Shown: positions 38,201-47,461, counted from the stretch's first letter. The stretch is DNA of 64,000 nucleotides from an uncultured Gemmatimonadaceae bacterium (GCA_963740355.1 CAVUDW010000002.1:1504001-1568000), one strand, 5' to 3'. Numbers and translations are program-made. The notes: generated from the sequence alone by a model not told the origin.

Positions 38201-38968
38201 GATCAGCTCGTGCACGGCTCGAGCGACCTGCGCGGTTGGGGTGGTGCGGCGATGCCAGACCCGATCCTGCTGGTTCCGCGCGCGTTCGACGCGGCGTCGC
38301 GTGCCTTTGCCTACGATATCAATCCGCGCTTCGCCGAGACGCGTCCGTCGCGCTCGACGCTCCGGTCACCATTCCGCGTCACGATTGATTTCCGGTTCCG
38401 TTTGTCGACGGACTATCAGCTGCAGGAGCTGCGTCGCGCACTCTCGCCGGTGAGGGTGGGCAAGCGATGGGAGCCACGGAACGCAGACTCCCTGACGGCG
38501 CTCTATCTCCAGGAGACCTCGAGCATCCACACCGCGGTGCTCTCGGAGAGTGATTCACTCTTCCTGTCGGCGGAGCAGATCGCCGGGCTGCGGAAGGCGG
38601 AAGGCGAGTTCGGTGCGCAGGTGCGGAAGATCTACGGCGACCTTGGACAATACCTGGCGCAGTTTGCCGGCGGCGGGGTGACCAAGGCCGCCCTCGACAG
38701 CACGGGGAAGGCGAAGAAGGCGTACTGGGCGGTGTTCTGGGAGCAGCCGGAAATCGCCGCAGCGCTGCTGACCCCGACCCAGCGCGACCTGATGCCGATC
38801 CTGCGCGACATGTTCGCCACCCCGAAGGCTCAGCGGAAGAATGCGCAGTGGATGTTCGGGAACGAGGTGAAGTTCGTGAAGCCGGCGCCGGCGCAGACCG
38901 CGGCACCGGCGGTCCCGGCCGGGGGGCTCGCCCCCCCGGCTGACGCCGCCGGATGGCGAGTCGGTTAG
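35204..38968 (+). CDS. TonB-dependent-receptor-like outer-membrane protein with N-terminal carboxypeptidase-regulatory-like domain
   Basis: Signal peptide; IRGRITD..VVGASV..TTTDSAGRY; plug-like NLTTLNG; beta-strand-rich body with SPRVGFSY and SGLPFTP..GDINGDG. Confidence 0.72.
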   Translation: MLVRSLRRAALLLVAGVTLLRAQSVTDIIRGRITDDSARTVVGASVFVTRGPDRAFKQTTTDSAGRYVVSFEDGTGDYLVAVSSVGLKSARRRVQRQNSEKELVADFVLAHDASTLAAVKVTADKPERANTQVDPTTLEAGASERWLDGVNGQVAPSLAGNLSAIAGNTPGVTQGVNGPSILGSGAESNLTTLNGMALPGGSLPRAARVDTRVTGATFDVVRGGFSGANTDVQLGAGSRNYQDRNAYLTFDAPSLQFTDAVGQSLGARYGSYRGSVGANGYLVPHVATYNVAVELSRSTSDPATLFSGDARALQSAGVSRDSVARLQTAALGVGLPTAGNGIPLSRERSGITWLGRIDDIRDSLNSRQITSYLSLSRDGALGFAPLNATSTGGKSTDRGLGAQFQMSNFIGDGRRILNQTKLGASQTRQSGDPYLVLPGASVLVRSTGTTGDGITSLDLGGNSFLDRTETRVTVEASNLTAWNAKGRRHTFKAFGWGRVDAMETQGGANLLGQYAFNSISDFSAGRPTSFSRTLTQPKSDGTVWNAATAFGHQWNATKRFNLLYGARIEGNGFASAPARNAQLESALGVQTGQAPTMVHVSPRVGFSYSYSRSKENGNGMAMTQAGTYFRTTSGVVRGGIGEFRDLLRPDILADASSRTGLAGSTQSLLCTGAAVPVPDWSAFLQDPNTIPRSCVDGGGVLTDNAPPATLIAKDYQVPRSWRASLDWYTNFDWLQLRWNNLASWDLSQASVRDANFAGVQQFALAAEGGRPVYVSTAGIDAGTGAVSATESRRSAAFGRVGVRGSELRGYGGQTTITLSPDVFRMRSVPLGIYASLSYTLQSSRRQFIGFDGTTAGDPRLREWAPSMNDARHIFSLQGAFTIPHFGTTTFFTRAQSGLPFTPIVQGDINGDGRSGDRAFIPSTSAPGQADLAAQLLALQTNGSATARKCLSSFAGQIASRNGCRGPWTATMNMQFSPTMPKALRRINASLYLENVLAGVDQLVHGSSDLRGWGGAAMPDPILLVPRAFDAASRAFAYDINPRFAETRPSRSTLRSPFRVTIDFRFRLSTDYQLQELRRALSPVRVGKRWEPRNADSLTALYLQETSSIHTAVLSESDSLFLSAEQIAGLRKAEGEFGAQVRKIYGDLGQYLAQFAGGGVTKAALDSTGKAKKAYWAVFWEQPEIAAALLTPTQRDLMPILRDMFATPKAQRKNAQWMFGNEVKFVKPAPAQTAAPAVPAGGLAPPADAAGWRVG

Positions 38969-39021
38969 GTCCAGCCCGGCACACTTTACGGTACGCGGTA
39001 CATCCGTCAGTCTTCGGCATC

Positions 39022-39891
39022 ATGACTGACCGTAGAGACTTCCTCCGTGTACTTGGCGCATCGGCTGTTGCCGGCGCCCTCTGGCCTAAGACCGCGCTCG
39101 CCTCTGGCGCGGATCAGCTGTCGGCCAACGCCTCGATCCGACGGATCGGCGTGCAGCTCTACTCCGTGCGTGGCGCGATGCAGAAGGACGGGGTCGAGCC
39201 GACCCTCGCCCGCATCGCAAGCCTCGGATACAAGGAAGTCGAGTTCGCCGGATATTATGGCCGCACCGCGGCCCAGATCCGTGACACGCTGAAGGCGAAT
39301 GGCCTCACGTCGCCGTCGACCCACGTCTCGCTGGAACAGATCAAGTCTCCCGACTTTCCGAAGCTGGTCGAGACGGCCCAGACCATTGGGCACAAGTGGA
39401 TCAATCTGGCCTTCCTGATGCCGAACGATCGCGGCTCGGCGGAGAAGTACAACGCGCACGCCGATGCCTTGATTGCGGCACAGGCCATCGCCAGCCAGTC
39501 GGGGATCACGCTCGCGTACCACAACCACGACTTTGAATTCGAGAAGCTTGGCAACACCGACGGCTACGAGATTCTGCTGGACCGGACGAAGGGCACCGGC
39601 GTCCAGTTCGAGATGGACTTGTACTGGATGAGTGTGGCCGGCAAGGATCCGGTGTCGTACTGGACGCGGTTCCCGGGACGCTTCCCGATGGTGCACGTGA
39701 AGGACAATGCTGGGCCGCCAACGAACGAGATGCGCAGCGTGGGGCAGGGGACGATCAACTGGGCTGCACTGTTCGAGCAGCGGAAGCTGGCCGGCATCGA
39801 GCACTTCTACGTCGAGCACGACAATCCGCCCGATCCCTGGGCTTCGATCACCACCAGCGTCGCGTACCTGAAGCAATTGCGGTTCCGGTAA
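39022..39891 (+). CDS. Tat-exported sugar phosphate isomerase/epimerase (xylose-isomerase-like TIM barrel)
   Basis: DRRDFL Tat motif; GVQLYSVR, YHNHDFEF, EMDLYW, HVKD, VEHD. Confidence 0.88.
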   Translation: MTDRRDFLRVLGASAVAGALWPKTALASGADQLSANASIRRIGVQLYSVRGAMQKDGVEPTLARIASLGYKEVEFAGYYGRTAAQIRDTLKANGLTSPSTHVSLEQIKSPDFPKLVETAQTIGHKWINLAFLMPNDRGSAEKYNAHADALIAAQAIASQSGITLAYHNHDFEFEKLGNTDGYEILLDRTKGTGVQFEMDLYWMSVAGKDPVSYWTRFPGRFPMVHVKDNAGPPTNEMRSVGQGTINWAALFEQRKLAGIEHFYVEHDNPPDPWASITTSVAYLKQLRFR

Positions 39892-39960
39892 TCAGCGTTC
39901 ACTTGCTTCACTGACAGGCGTGGTCGCTCCAGCGGCTGCGCCGTCCTTCTCTGTGCCCCA

Positions 39961-41289
39961 ATGAATCCGCGCATTCTCTTCTGGTCGATCACGTCGGCGC
40001 TGGCTGGTTTTCTCTTCGGATTCGACACCGTCGTCATCTCCGGGGCCGAGCAGAAGATCCAGGCGATCTGGGCGCTGGGCCCCGGCATGCACGGCGTCGC
40101 GCTCGCCTCGGCGCTCTACGGGACGGTGGTCGGCGCACTCTTCGGCGGATGGCCTGCTGACAAGTTCGGGCGCAAACCGACGCTGATCGTCATCGGTGTC
40201 CTCTACCTGATTGGGGCGATCTGGTCAGCGCTGGCGGGTGATGTCTACTCGTTCATCATCGCGCGCGTCCTTGGCGGGCTTGGGATCGGGGCCTCGACGA
40301 TCGCCGCCCCGTTGTACATCTCCGAGATCGCACCGCCGGCCAAGCGCGGATTCCTGACCGGCATGTTCCAGTTCAACATCGTCTTCGGCATCCTGATCGC
40401 ATTCCTCTCCAACGCGCTGTTGGCAGGCGTGGGCGAGAATGCCTGGCGCTGGATGCTGGGCGTGGCGGCATTCCCGTCGGTGATCTACGCGCTCTGCTGC
40501 TTTGCCATTCCCGAGAGCCCGCGCTGGCTGCTGACCATTGGCGGTAAGCGTGACGAAGGGCTGCGCGTACTGCGGCTGATCGAGCCGCAGGCGACGGATG
40601 CCCAGATCAATGCGACGGCGGCAGAGATCACGGCGTCAGCCGTGATGCGCACTGGAGGGTCGGAGAAGTTCTGGACGAAGGAACTCCGCGTGCCGATCCT
40701 GCTCGCGTTCCTGATTGCGTTCTTCAATCAGCTTTCCGGCATCAACGCGATCCTGTACTTCGCGCCACGCATCTTCGAGATGACGGGTCTCGGCGACAAG
40801 GCGGCGTTGCTGCAGTCCACCGGCATCGGCATCACGAACCTGATCTTCACCTATGTCGGGCTGCAGCTCATCGACCGCCTCGGTCGGCGCACGCTGCTCT
40901 ACATCGGCTCGTTCGGCTACATCGCCTCGCTCGGCCTCGTTTCGTGGGCGTTTTTCACGGGGCACTACGCGATCGTGCCGGCGTGCATCTTCGCCTTCAT
41001 TGCCGCGCACGCCATCGGGCAGGGAGCGGTGATCTGGGTGTTCATCTCGGAGATCTTTCCCAACCGTCATCGCGCCGCGGGGCAGGCACTTGGGTGTTCG
41101 ACGCACTGGATCTTCGCGGCTCTCATCACGACGTTCTTCCCGAGCATGGTCACGGCCTTTGCCCCCGGATACGTCTTTGCCTTCTTCTGCTTCATGATGG
41201 TGTTGCAGCTCATCTGGGTGCGCACGATGGTGCCCGAGACGAAGGGCGCCTCGCTCGAGGCCATTCAGCAGCAGCTCGGGCTCGCCTGA
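39961..41289 (+). CDS. Sugar porter family MFS transporter
   Basis: FGFDTVVISG, DKFGRK, YISEIAP, PESPRWL, QLSGINAILY, PETKG. Confidence 0.93.
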   Translation: MNPRILFWSITSALAGFLFGFDTVVISGAEQKIQAIWALGPGMHGVALASALYGTVVGALFGGWPADKFGRKPTLIVIGVLYLIGAIWSALAGDVYSFIIARVLGGLGIGASTIAAPLYISEIAPPAKRGFLTGMFQFNIVFGILIAFLSNALLAGVGENAWRWMLGVAAFPSVIYALCCFAIPESPRWLLTIGGKRDEGLRVLRLIEPQATDAQINATAAEITASAVMRTGGSEKFWTKELRVPILLAFLIAFFNQLSGINAILYFAPRIFEMTGLGDKAALLQSTGIGITNLIFTYVGLQLIDRLGRRTLLYIGSFGYIASLGLVSWAFFTGHYAIVPACIFAFIAAHAIGQGAVIWVFISEIFPNRHRAAGQALGCSTHWIFAALITTFFPSMVTAFAPGYVFAFFCFMMVLQLIWVRTMVPETKGASLEAIQQQLGLA

Positions 41290-41365
41290 GCTTTCGTTTG
41301 TGAGTCGCACCGATGTCCGGCGCGGCACTGACTGCGTGTAGGAACCGCTCACTCTGGAGTCTCAC

Positions 41366-42259
41366 GTGCAGTATCGCATCGTCGGGATCGGCGAAGTTCT
41401 CTGGGACCTGCTGCCTTCCGGCGCGCAGCTTGGTGGTGCGCCAGCAAACTTCGCGTACCACGCGGCGGCCCTTGGCGCCGACTCGTTCATCGTGTCACGC
41501 GTCGGTGACGACACCCTCGGCCACGACATCCGCGAGCGCATCGCCGCGACCGGTGTCCACGTCGAGACGATCCAGTGTTGCGCTGTTCGCCCAACGGGCA
41601 CGGTGGCCGTGACGGTTGATGCGCTTGGCCAGCCGCAGTACGACATCCGTCGCGATGTGGCGTGGGACTACGTCGAGGCCGATGCTGCGGCTCATCGTGC
41701 CGTCGGTTCAGCTGACGCGATCTGTTTTGGCACCCTCGCACAGCGAGGTGATGTCTCGCGCGCGGCCATTCGTGAACTCGTCGCCGCGTCACCGTCCAAT
41801 TCGCTGCGCATTCTCGACGTCAACCTGCGGCAGCAGTACTACTCGCGGGCGATCATCGAGGACTCGCTCGCGCTGGCGACGGTGCTGAAAGTGAACGACG
41901 CCGAGCTGCCGAAATTGGCGGAGATGTTCTCGCTCACCGGTGACGTCCGATCCCAGATCGATCAGCTGGCGGATCGCTGGCAGCTTCGTGCGATTGCCTA
42001 CACTCGCGGTGAGTGTGGCAGCGTGCTGCGCACGGCGCACGAGTGGTCGGAGCATCCGGGCGTGGTGACGACCGTCGTCGACACCGTTGGCGCCGGTGAC
42101 TCGTTCACGGCGGCGATGACGATTGGCCTGTTGTCCGGTTGGGCGCTCGATGACGTGAATGCGCTGGCCAACCGGGTGGCAGCGTTCGTTGCGTCGAGTG
42201 CTGGTGGCATGCCTCCGCTTCCTGCCGACATCCAGGCGCCGTTCGCGGCGCGCGTCTAG
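41366..42259 (+). CDS. PfkB family carbohydrate kinase (fructokinase-like)
   Basis: GEVLWD, GGAPANFA, DVNLR, DTVGAGDSF. Confidence 0.92.
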   Translation: MQYRIVGIGEVLWDLLPSGAQLGGAPANFAYHAAALGADSFIVSRVGDDTLGHDIRERIAATGVHVETIQCCAVRPTGTVAVTVDALGQPQYDIRRDVAWDYVEADAAAHRAVGSADAICFGTLAQRGDVSRAAIRELVAASPSNSLRILDVNLRQQYYSRAIIEDSLALATVLKVNDAELPKLAEMFSLTGDVRSQIDQLADRWQLRAIAYTRGECGSVLRTAHEWSEHPGVVTTVVDTVGAGDSFTAAMTIGLLSGWALDDVNALANRVAAFVASSAGGMPPLPADIQAPFAARV

Positions 42260-42266
42260 CTGGCGG

Positions 42267-43415
42267 CTACTGCGGCGTGATTCGCCAGATCTGACCGCCG
42301 CCGTTGCCAACGTCGGTGGTCACGTAGAGTGAGCCGTCAGGCCCCTGAACCGGTGTGCGCAGGCGAACACCGAGTGATGCATAGAGTGGTGTGGCCGTCT
42401 TCAGGGCGCCGGCACCATCGAACGTCAGGACCATCAGCTTGGTGCCGGAGAGCTGGCCGATCACGAGTGCGCCGTCCCACGCCTTCCACGCGGCGCCACT
42501 GATGAATCCGCCGCCTGACGTTCCGCGCGCCGGGCTGCCGCTGCTCCACACCGCTTTCATCGCCGATGGATACCTGGTCAGATCGGTCATCGGCACCGAC
42601 TCATTGTACCCAGGTACCGGGTTCCATCCGGCATTCGCGCCGGCCACCAACTTGTTCACTTCGTCGTCCACGGAGCTTCCCTGCTCGATGGAGAAGGGTG
42701 CACCCGTGCCAGGCTGAAAGGCGATGCCCTGCACATTGCGATGGCCGTACGTGTAAATGCGCGCGTCGCCACCGGCGATCGATGGATTGCCAGGTGCAGC
42801 GGCGCCATCACGCGTGATGCGAAGCACCTTGCCGCCGAGCGTGGTGACATCCTGCGGGTTGGTGCCGACAGCGGCATCGCCGGTGCCAAGCCAGAGCTGA
42901 CCGTCGGTGCCGAATCGTGGACGGCAGCCGCTGTGCCTGCCCCCGTTCGCATAGGGGAGGCCAGTCACGATGTCGCGACGTGATCCGAGTGCCGACCCAT
43001 CGGCGGCGAGCGTCCACCGGACGAGCCGATTATCGGTGGTGCCGCCCGCGTTCGACGAATAGCAGGTGTAGACGAATCGATTGCTCGCGAACTGCGGGTC
43101 GATCGTCATGCCGAGCATCCCGCCTTCGCCGCCAAGCACCACATCGGACGGCTGGGCCACGGTAATAACGTCGCCATTCGTGCGCCGTAGTCGCAGCCTG
43201 CCTGGACGCTCGGTGATCAACACCTCACCATTTGGAAGGAACGCCAGGTCCCACGGATTGCTCAGCCCACTCACGAACACTGCGCGGTCCAGCGTCGGGA
43301 TGGTGGTGTCCGAGGGAGAGGGTGATGGCTGCGGATCCGTCGGCGAGTCCTGCCCACACGCCGTGCCGAGCAGGGCACCGAGGACGATGAGGCGGCGAAA
43401 CATCGGAAGCGGCAT
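42267..43415 (-). CDS. PQQ-dependent sugar dehydrogenase (GSDH beta-propeller), probable lipoprotein
   Basis: Lipobox-like LGTAC; GLSNPWDLAF, GEGGMLG, GKVLRI, YGHRNVQG, DEVN, GPDGSLYVTT. Confidence 0.88.
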   Translation of the reverse strand: MPLPMFRRLIVLGALLGTACGQDSPTDPQPSPSPSDTTIPTLDRAVFVSGLSNPWDLAFLPNGEVLITERPGRLRLRRTNGDVITVAQPSDVVLGGEGGMLGMTIDPQFASNRFVYTCYSSNAGGTTDNRLVRWTLAADGSALGSRRDIVTGLPYANGGRHSGCRPRFGTDGQLWLGTGDAAVGTNPQDVTTLGGKVLRITRDGAAAPGNPSIAGGDARIYTYGHRNVQGIAFQPGTGAPFSIEQGSSVDDEVNKLVAGANAGWNPVPGYNESVPMTDLTRYPSAMKAVWSSGSPARGTSGGGFISGAAWKAWDGALVIGQLSGTKLMVLTFDGAGALKTATPLYASLGVRLRTPVQGPDGSLYVTTDVGNGGGQIWRITPQ

Positions 43416-43446
43416 GACTACAGAGGCAGAGGTGACCAGCGTCGGT

Positions 43447-43605
43447 CGGGCGGTGTGACCGGACAGCCCCACCTGAAAAACACCTCGGCATGCAGGAGTC
43501 GTTCCAGTGCGGCCGATCTTCCCCTGCTGAGGGCACAGGAGAGCGTGGCCTTGGTGCAGTTGCCCTGGCGTCCGACACGCAAGCGGCTGTCCCGAGCGGT
43601 GTGAC
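43447..43605. other. About 132-bp inverted-repeat-bounded rod-like element flanked by 13-bp direct repeats (MITE-like or structured ncRNA)
   Basis: CG(G/A)GCGGTGTGAC at 43447 and 43593; GGACAGCC at 43461 and GGCTGTCC at 43585; nested internal complementarity. Confidence 0.45.
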
Positions 43606-43672
43606 TATCGGCACAGCTGTGCAGGGGACTATTTAGCAGATTGGTCTCCACTCCTGCCTCTGGCTCTCCCCC

Positions 43673-45193
43673 ATGAAGCGTACCGCACTTCTTTCCGCTG
43701 TGACCGGCATCGGTCTCCTCGCCAGTGTCGGTGCTGGCACATCGCGCCGCGAATCGGTGGACATCCTCATCACCGGTGGCACGGTGATCACGATGGATTC
43801 CGTCCGGCGCGTCCTCGACGACGGCGCGGTGGCGATCCGGGCGGATCGGATCGTCGCGGTGGGCAACACCGCTGAACTGGTCGCGAAATACAGTGGACGA
43901 CAGGTCATCGACGCGAAGCGCAAGATCGTCATGCCGGGGCTGATCGATGGGCATGGGCACGCGGGTCATGGCCTCGTGAAGTCGCTCGGCATGGACATGG
44001 ACCAGTTCTATCCGGCCACCGAGAAGATCTACGCACGCGGTTCGACGGTGGATTTCTGGCGTGCCGAAGCGTTGCTCACCGGCGTCGAGCGTGTGCGATT
44101 CGGTGTCACCACGGCGCTCAGCATGTTCGGCGGTGGCGACATGATCATGCGCACCGATGACGAGAAATACGGCGATGCGTATTTGCAGGCCACGAAGGAT
44201 GTCGGCATCCGTTATTTCCTCGCGGTCGGTCCGCGACGTCAGCCCTTTCCGAATACGTTCACCGAATGGAGTGGCGACAGCGCGCGCGATGTGGCGGTCA
44301 GCTTCGAAAAGGAGCTCGCGGTTTCGGAGGCGTTGATCAAGCGGTGGCAGGGACAGGGGGATGGTCGTATCAATCTCGCCGTGACGTTCCCGACCCACAT
44401 CCCGGCCGAGCACAACGTCACCGGTGACGCACTGGAGGAGCTCAAGGTGCGTGCGCGCGCCACGCGAGCCCTGTCACGCGAGTACGGTCTGCGCTTTACG
44501 CAGGACGGTCACACCACCGGGTCGGTGAAGTTCGCCGACGAGATCGGCTTGCTGGGCCCCGATGCGATCCTGTCTCACGCCACGGAGTTCACGCCGGAAG
44601 AAATCGCGATTCTCGCGCGCACGAACACGCGGATCGTGCACAATCCCAGCGCCAACGCCGCCACGCGACGTCGATTCCAGCTCGTCGAGCTGCTCGATGC
44701 GGGAGTGACCGTGATGCTGGGCTCGGACGGCGTGGCACCGGATCGCAGCTACGACATGTTCCGCCACATGTTCCAGGCCATGCGGTATCACCGCTTCTAC
44801 TGGCGGGATACCAATGTGCTGCCGCCTGGCAAGGTGCTGGAAATGGTCACCGTCGATGCGGCGAAGGCGCTTGGCCTCGAGAAGGAGATCGGCTCGCTCG
44901 AGGCAGGGAAGAAGGCAGACGTGATCCTGATCGACTGGTGGCGGCCGCACATGGTGCCGATGAACATGCCGCTCTATCGCGTGGCGTATTTTGCGAATGG
45001 CAACGATGTCAGCACCGTGCTGGTGAATGGGCGCGTGTTGATGCGCGACCGGAAAGTGTTATCGGTGAACGAGGACGCCGTGTTGGCGTTGGCGCAGCGC
45101 GAAGCCGACGCGGCGATCAAGCGGACCGGGTTGGCTCCGCTGTTGGCGACGCCGGAGGGGTTCTGGGGGCGGAGTCGGTTTCCGAAGCGGTGA
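43673..45193 (+). CDS. Amidohydrolase family protein (Atz/Trz/MTA-SAH deaminase-like)
   Basis: PGLIDGHGH, LSHA, VHNPSAN, LGSDG, GSLEAGKKADV; N-terminal signal-like segment. Confidence 0.85.
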   Translation: MKRTALLSAVTGIGLLASVGAGTSRRESVDILITGGTVITMDSVRRVLDDGAVAIRADRIVAVGNTAELVAKYSGRQVIDAKRKIVMPGLIDGHGHAGHGLVKSLGMDMDQFYPATEKIYARGSTVDFWRAEALLTGVERVRFGVTTALSMFGGGDMIMRTDDEKYGDAYLQATKDVGIRYFLAVGPRRQPFPNTFTEWSGDSARDVAVSFEKELAVSEALIKRWQGQGDGRINLAVTFPTHIPAEHNVTGDALEELKVRARATRALSREYGLRFTQDGHTTGSVKFADEIGLLGPDAILSHATEFTPEEIAILARTNTRIVHNPSANAATRRRFQLVELLDAGVTVMLGSDGVAPDRSYDMFRHMFQAMRYHRFYWRDTNVLPPGKVLEMVTVDAAKALGLEKEIGSLEAGKKADVILIDWWRPHMVPMNMPLYRVAYFANGNDVSTVLVNGRVLMRDRKVLSVNEDAVLALAQREADAAIKRTGLAPLLATPEGFWGRSRFPKR

Positions 45194-45363
45194 GTCGTTA
45201 TGGGTCGTGGCGGTGACTGGGGCAGGTAGGTCAGTGGACGGGATCAGCCATTCGACTGTTCGCCGATCTCGGCCGGGATCCTGGCTCGCGCATCTGGTGT
45301 TGATGTGATACGATACATGACGCGGCCACCGTCCACACGGAGTTCCTGATGCGGGATGCGACC

Positions 45364-46164
45364 ATGAGCACGAGCATCGCGAGGCTCCTGCGCGTCGTAC
45401 GATCGGAACCGGCAGGTCTGATATTCCAGTCTGCGATTGCCTGCATGTTCGCCGCGGTCGTTTCGACGCAGGCGGTGGCGCAGCTTCCATCCAGCGGAGG
45501 CGATGGCTTCCTTTTCAGCCCGCCACGCCTCATGCTCACCGTGCGAGGGGGCTACGACCAGCCTCTCGGGAATGGTGATGTATTTCAGAGCGCGCTCAGC
45601 CAGCTGACGCTGAGTCGCGGCAGCCTGGCAGCTGCCAACTATCAGATTGACATCGGTGTCCGGCTTTCCGATCGGCTCGAGGTTGTGGCCACGTCTGGGG
45701 AAGCGCAGCGCATAACGCGCTCGGAATACCGGAGCTTCGTGGACAACAACGATCTCCCGATCCAGCAGTCGACGCGACTGCGACGCGTTCCGGTCTCGAT
45801 CGGGCTGAAGTACGCGCTGGCACCGGCAGGAAACCGCGTCAGTCGGTTGGCGTGGATTCCGTCGCGATTCATTCCGACGGTCGGCGCGGGTGTCGGCGCC
45901 ATGCACCACATCTTCCAGCAGAACGGTGACTTCGTCGACGCGCCGACGCTGAATGTGTACCGTCGTGAATTTCGGTCGAGCGGGTGGACGCCGATGGGGT
46001 ACGCGAGTGTTGGTGCGGAGGTGCGGCTGTCACCGTTCATCTCCACTACCGGTGATGTGCGCTACACCGCCGCACGCGCGACCCCGAATGGCACCGTCGT
46101 GGGTTTCAGGATGATTGACTTGTCAGGGGTGGCGGCGTCTCTCGGCTTCACCTTTCGGAGGTAG
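45364..46164 (+). CDS. Hypothetical outer-membrane beta-barrel protein
   Basis: Signal peptide ending AVA-Q; alternating amphipathic strands; C-terminal SLGFTF. Confidence 0.62.
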   Translation: MSTSIARLLRVVRSEPAGLIFQSAIACMFAAVVSTQAVAQLPSSGGDGFLFSPPRLMLTVRGGYDQPLGNGDVFQSALSQLTLSRGSLAAANYQIDIGVRLSDRLEVVATSGEAQRITRSEYRSFVDNNDLPIQQSTRLRRVPVSIGLKYALAPAGNRVSRLAWIPSRFIPTVGAGVGAMHHIFQQNGDFVDAPTLNVYRREFRSSGWTPMGYASVGAEVRLSPFISTTGDVRYTAARATPNGTVVGFRMIDLSGVAASLGFTFRR

Positions 46165-46168
46165 TGCA

Positions 46169-47461
46169 ATGTCACCCGTCTCAGCCAGGCACGGCGCGAT
46201 GATCATCGCTGCTGCAATGCTTGCGACGACCGTCGCAGTGGCCCAGCAGGATTCTGCGCCACGCTTCGATGCTCGCTGGCGAGCCTTCATCGGCTGCTGG
46301 GCCACGAGCACCGGCGAACAGGTTGGGCCGATGGTGTGCATCATGCCGACACGTGATTCACAGACGGTTGAATTCGTGCAGGTTGCCGGCGACAGCATCG
46401 TCTCGCGCGAGCCGCTGACCGCCAGCGGGGAGCGCGTCACGATCGATCGTGCGGACTGCACCGGATGGATGAGCGGGATCTGGTCAGCGGATGATCGCCG
46501 ACTGTTCATGCGATCCGACGCACGGTGCGGCAGTGGGCCATCGGTGACGATGAGCAGCATCTACTCATTCGACAACTATCGAATGTTCACGCGGGTCGAG
46601 CGCGCTGCGACACCTGCTGGCGCTGCCGTGCGCGTCACACGCTTGACCGCGGTCAGTGCAGTGGCAGACGTGCCGCCCGTGGTACAGTCCGTGCTCGCGA
46701 TCGACTCGTTGCCGGCGACGTACTCGGCTCGCATCGATGCGTCAGCGTTGGTGTCCACGGCGGATGTCGCCGATGCCACGCAGCGGGTCGAGGCACCGTT
46801 GGTCGAGGCCTGGCTGGGCGATCGAAAGCAGTCGTTCTTGTTGGGCGCACGCGACTTGATTGCGTTGCAGGATGCACATGTCCCGCCGAGCGTGATCGAC
46901 GTGATGATCGCCGTGTCGCGGCCGGACATGTTCACGCTGGTTCCGTCCGCGGAGTCTCGTGGGCCGCGTGCTACGCGGCGGCTGCTGCCGGCTGACTCGG
47001 TCGAAATCGCGGCAGTGCAGGCAGCGGCCCGTACTTTCGGTGGCCTGTCGGCGACGAGCACGACGGAGTTGTTCTATCCGCTCCTGCGCGGCGGCTATGG
47101 CCTTGACACTCGGTACAGTCAGAATGGCCCGCCTGGCGCGCCGTGGTTCAACCCGTTTCTCGAATGCTACGGCAAACTCGATTGTCGGATCATGCCTCCG
47201 GATTGGACTCGGACGTCAGGTGAGAGCGTGTATCTCCCGCAGAGGACTGGGTCATCTGCGGGGAGCAGCGACGTCGGTGCGGGATGGACGCCAGGCGCTG
47301 GGGGCGGGCGAAGTGCCTTCCCGTCCGGTGGGATTGATTCACCGGGGATGACGTCCGGTGGCGTGGCTGCGTCGGTTGGCAGTTCGACCAGCGGCGGCGC
47401 ATCTGGCGGTGCTGCACCGTCTGCGGCACCGGAACAGCGCACAGCAAAACCGCGCCCCTGA
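46169..47461 (+). CDS. Hypothetical exported protein with Gly/Ser-rich tail
   Basis: Starts 4 nt after the upstream gene; signal peptide; several Cys; low-complexity C-terminus. Confidence 0.62.
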   Translation: MSPVSARHGAMIIAAAMLATTVAVAQQDSAPRFDARWRAFIGCWATSTGEQVGPMVCIMPTRDSQTVEFVQVAGDSIVSREPLTASGERVTIDRADCTGWMSGIWSADDRRLFMRSDARCGSGPSVTMSSIYSFDNYRMFTRVERAATPAGAAVRVTRLTAVSAVADVPPVVQSVLAIDSLPATYSARIDASALVSTADVADATQRVEAPLVEAWLGDRKQSFLLGARDLIALQDAHVPPSVIDVMIAVSRPDMFTLVPSAESRGPRATRRLLPADSVEIAAVQAAARTFGGLSATSTTELFYPLLRGGYGLDTRYSQNGPPGAPWFNPFLECYGKLDCRIMPPDWTRTSGESVYLPQRTGSSAGSSDVGAGWTPGAGGGRSAFPSGGIDSPGMTSGGVAASVGSSTSGGASGGAAPSAAPEQRTAKPRP

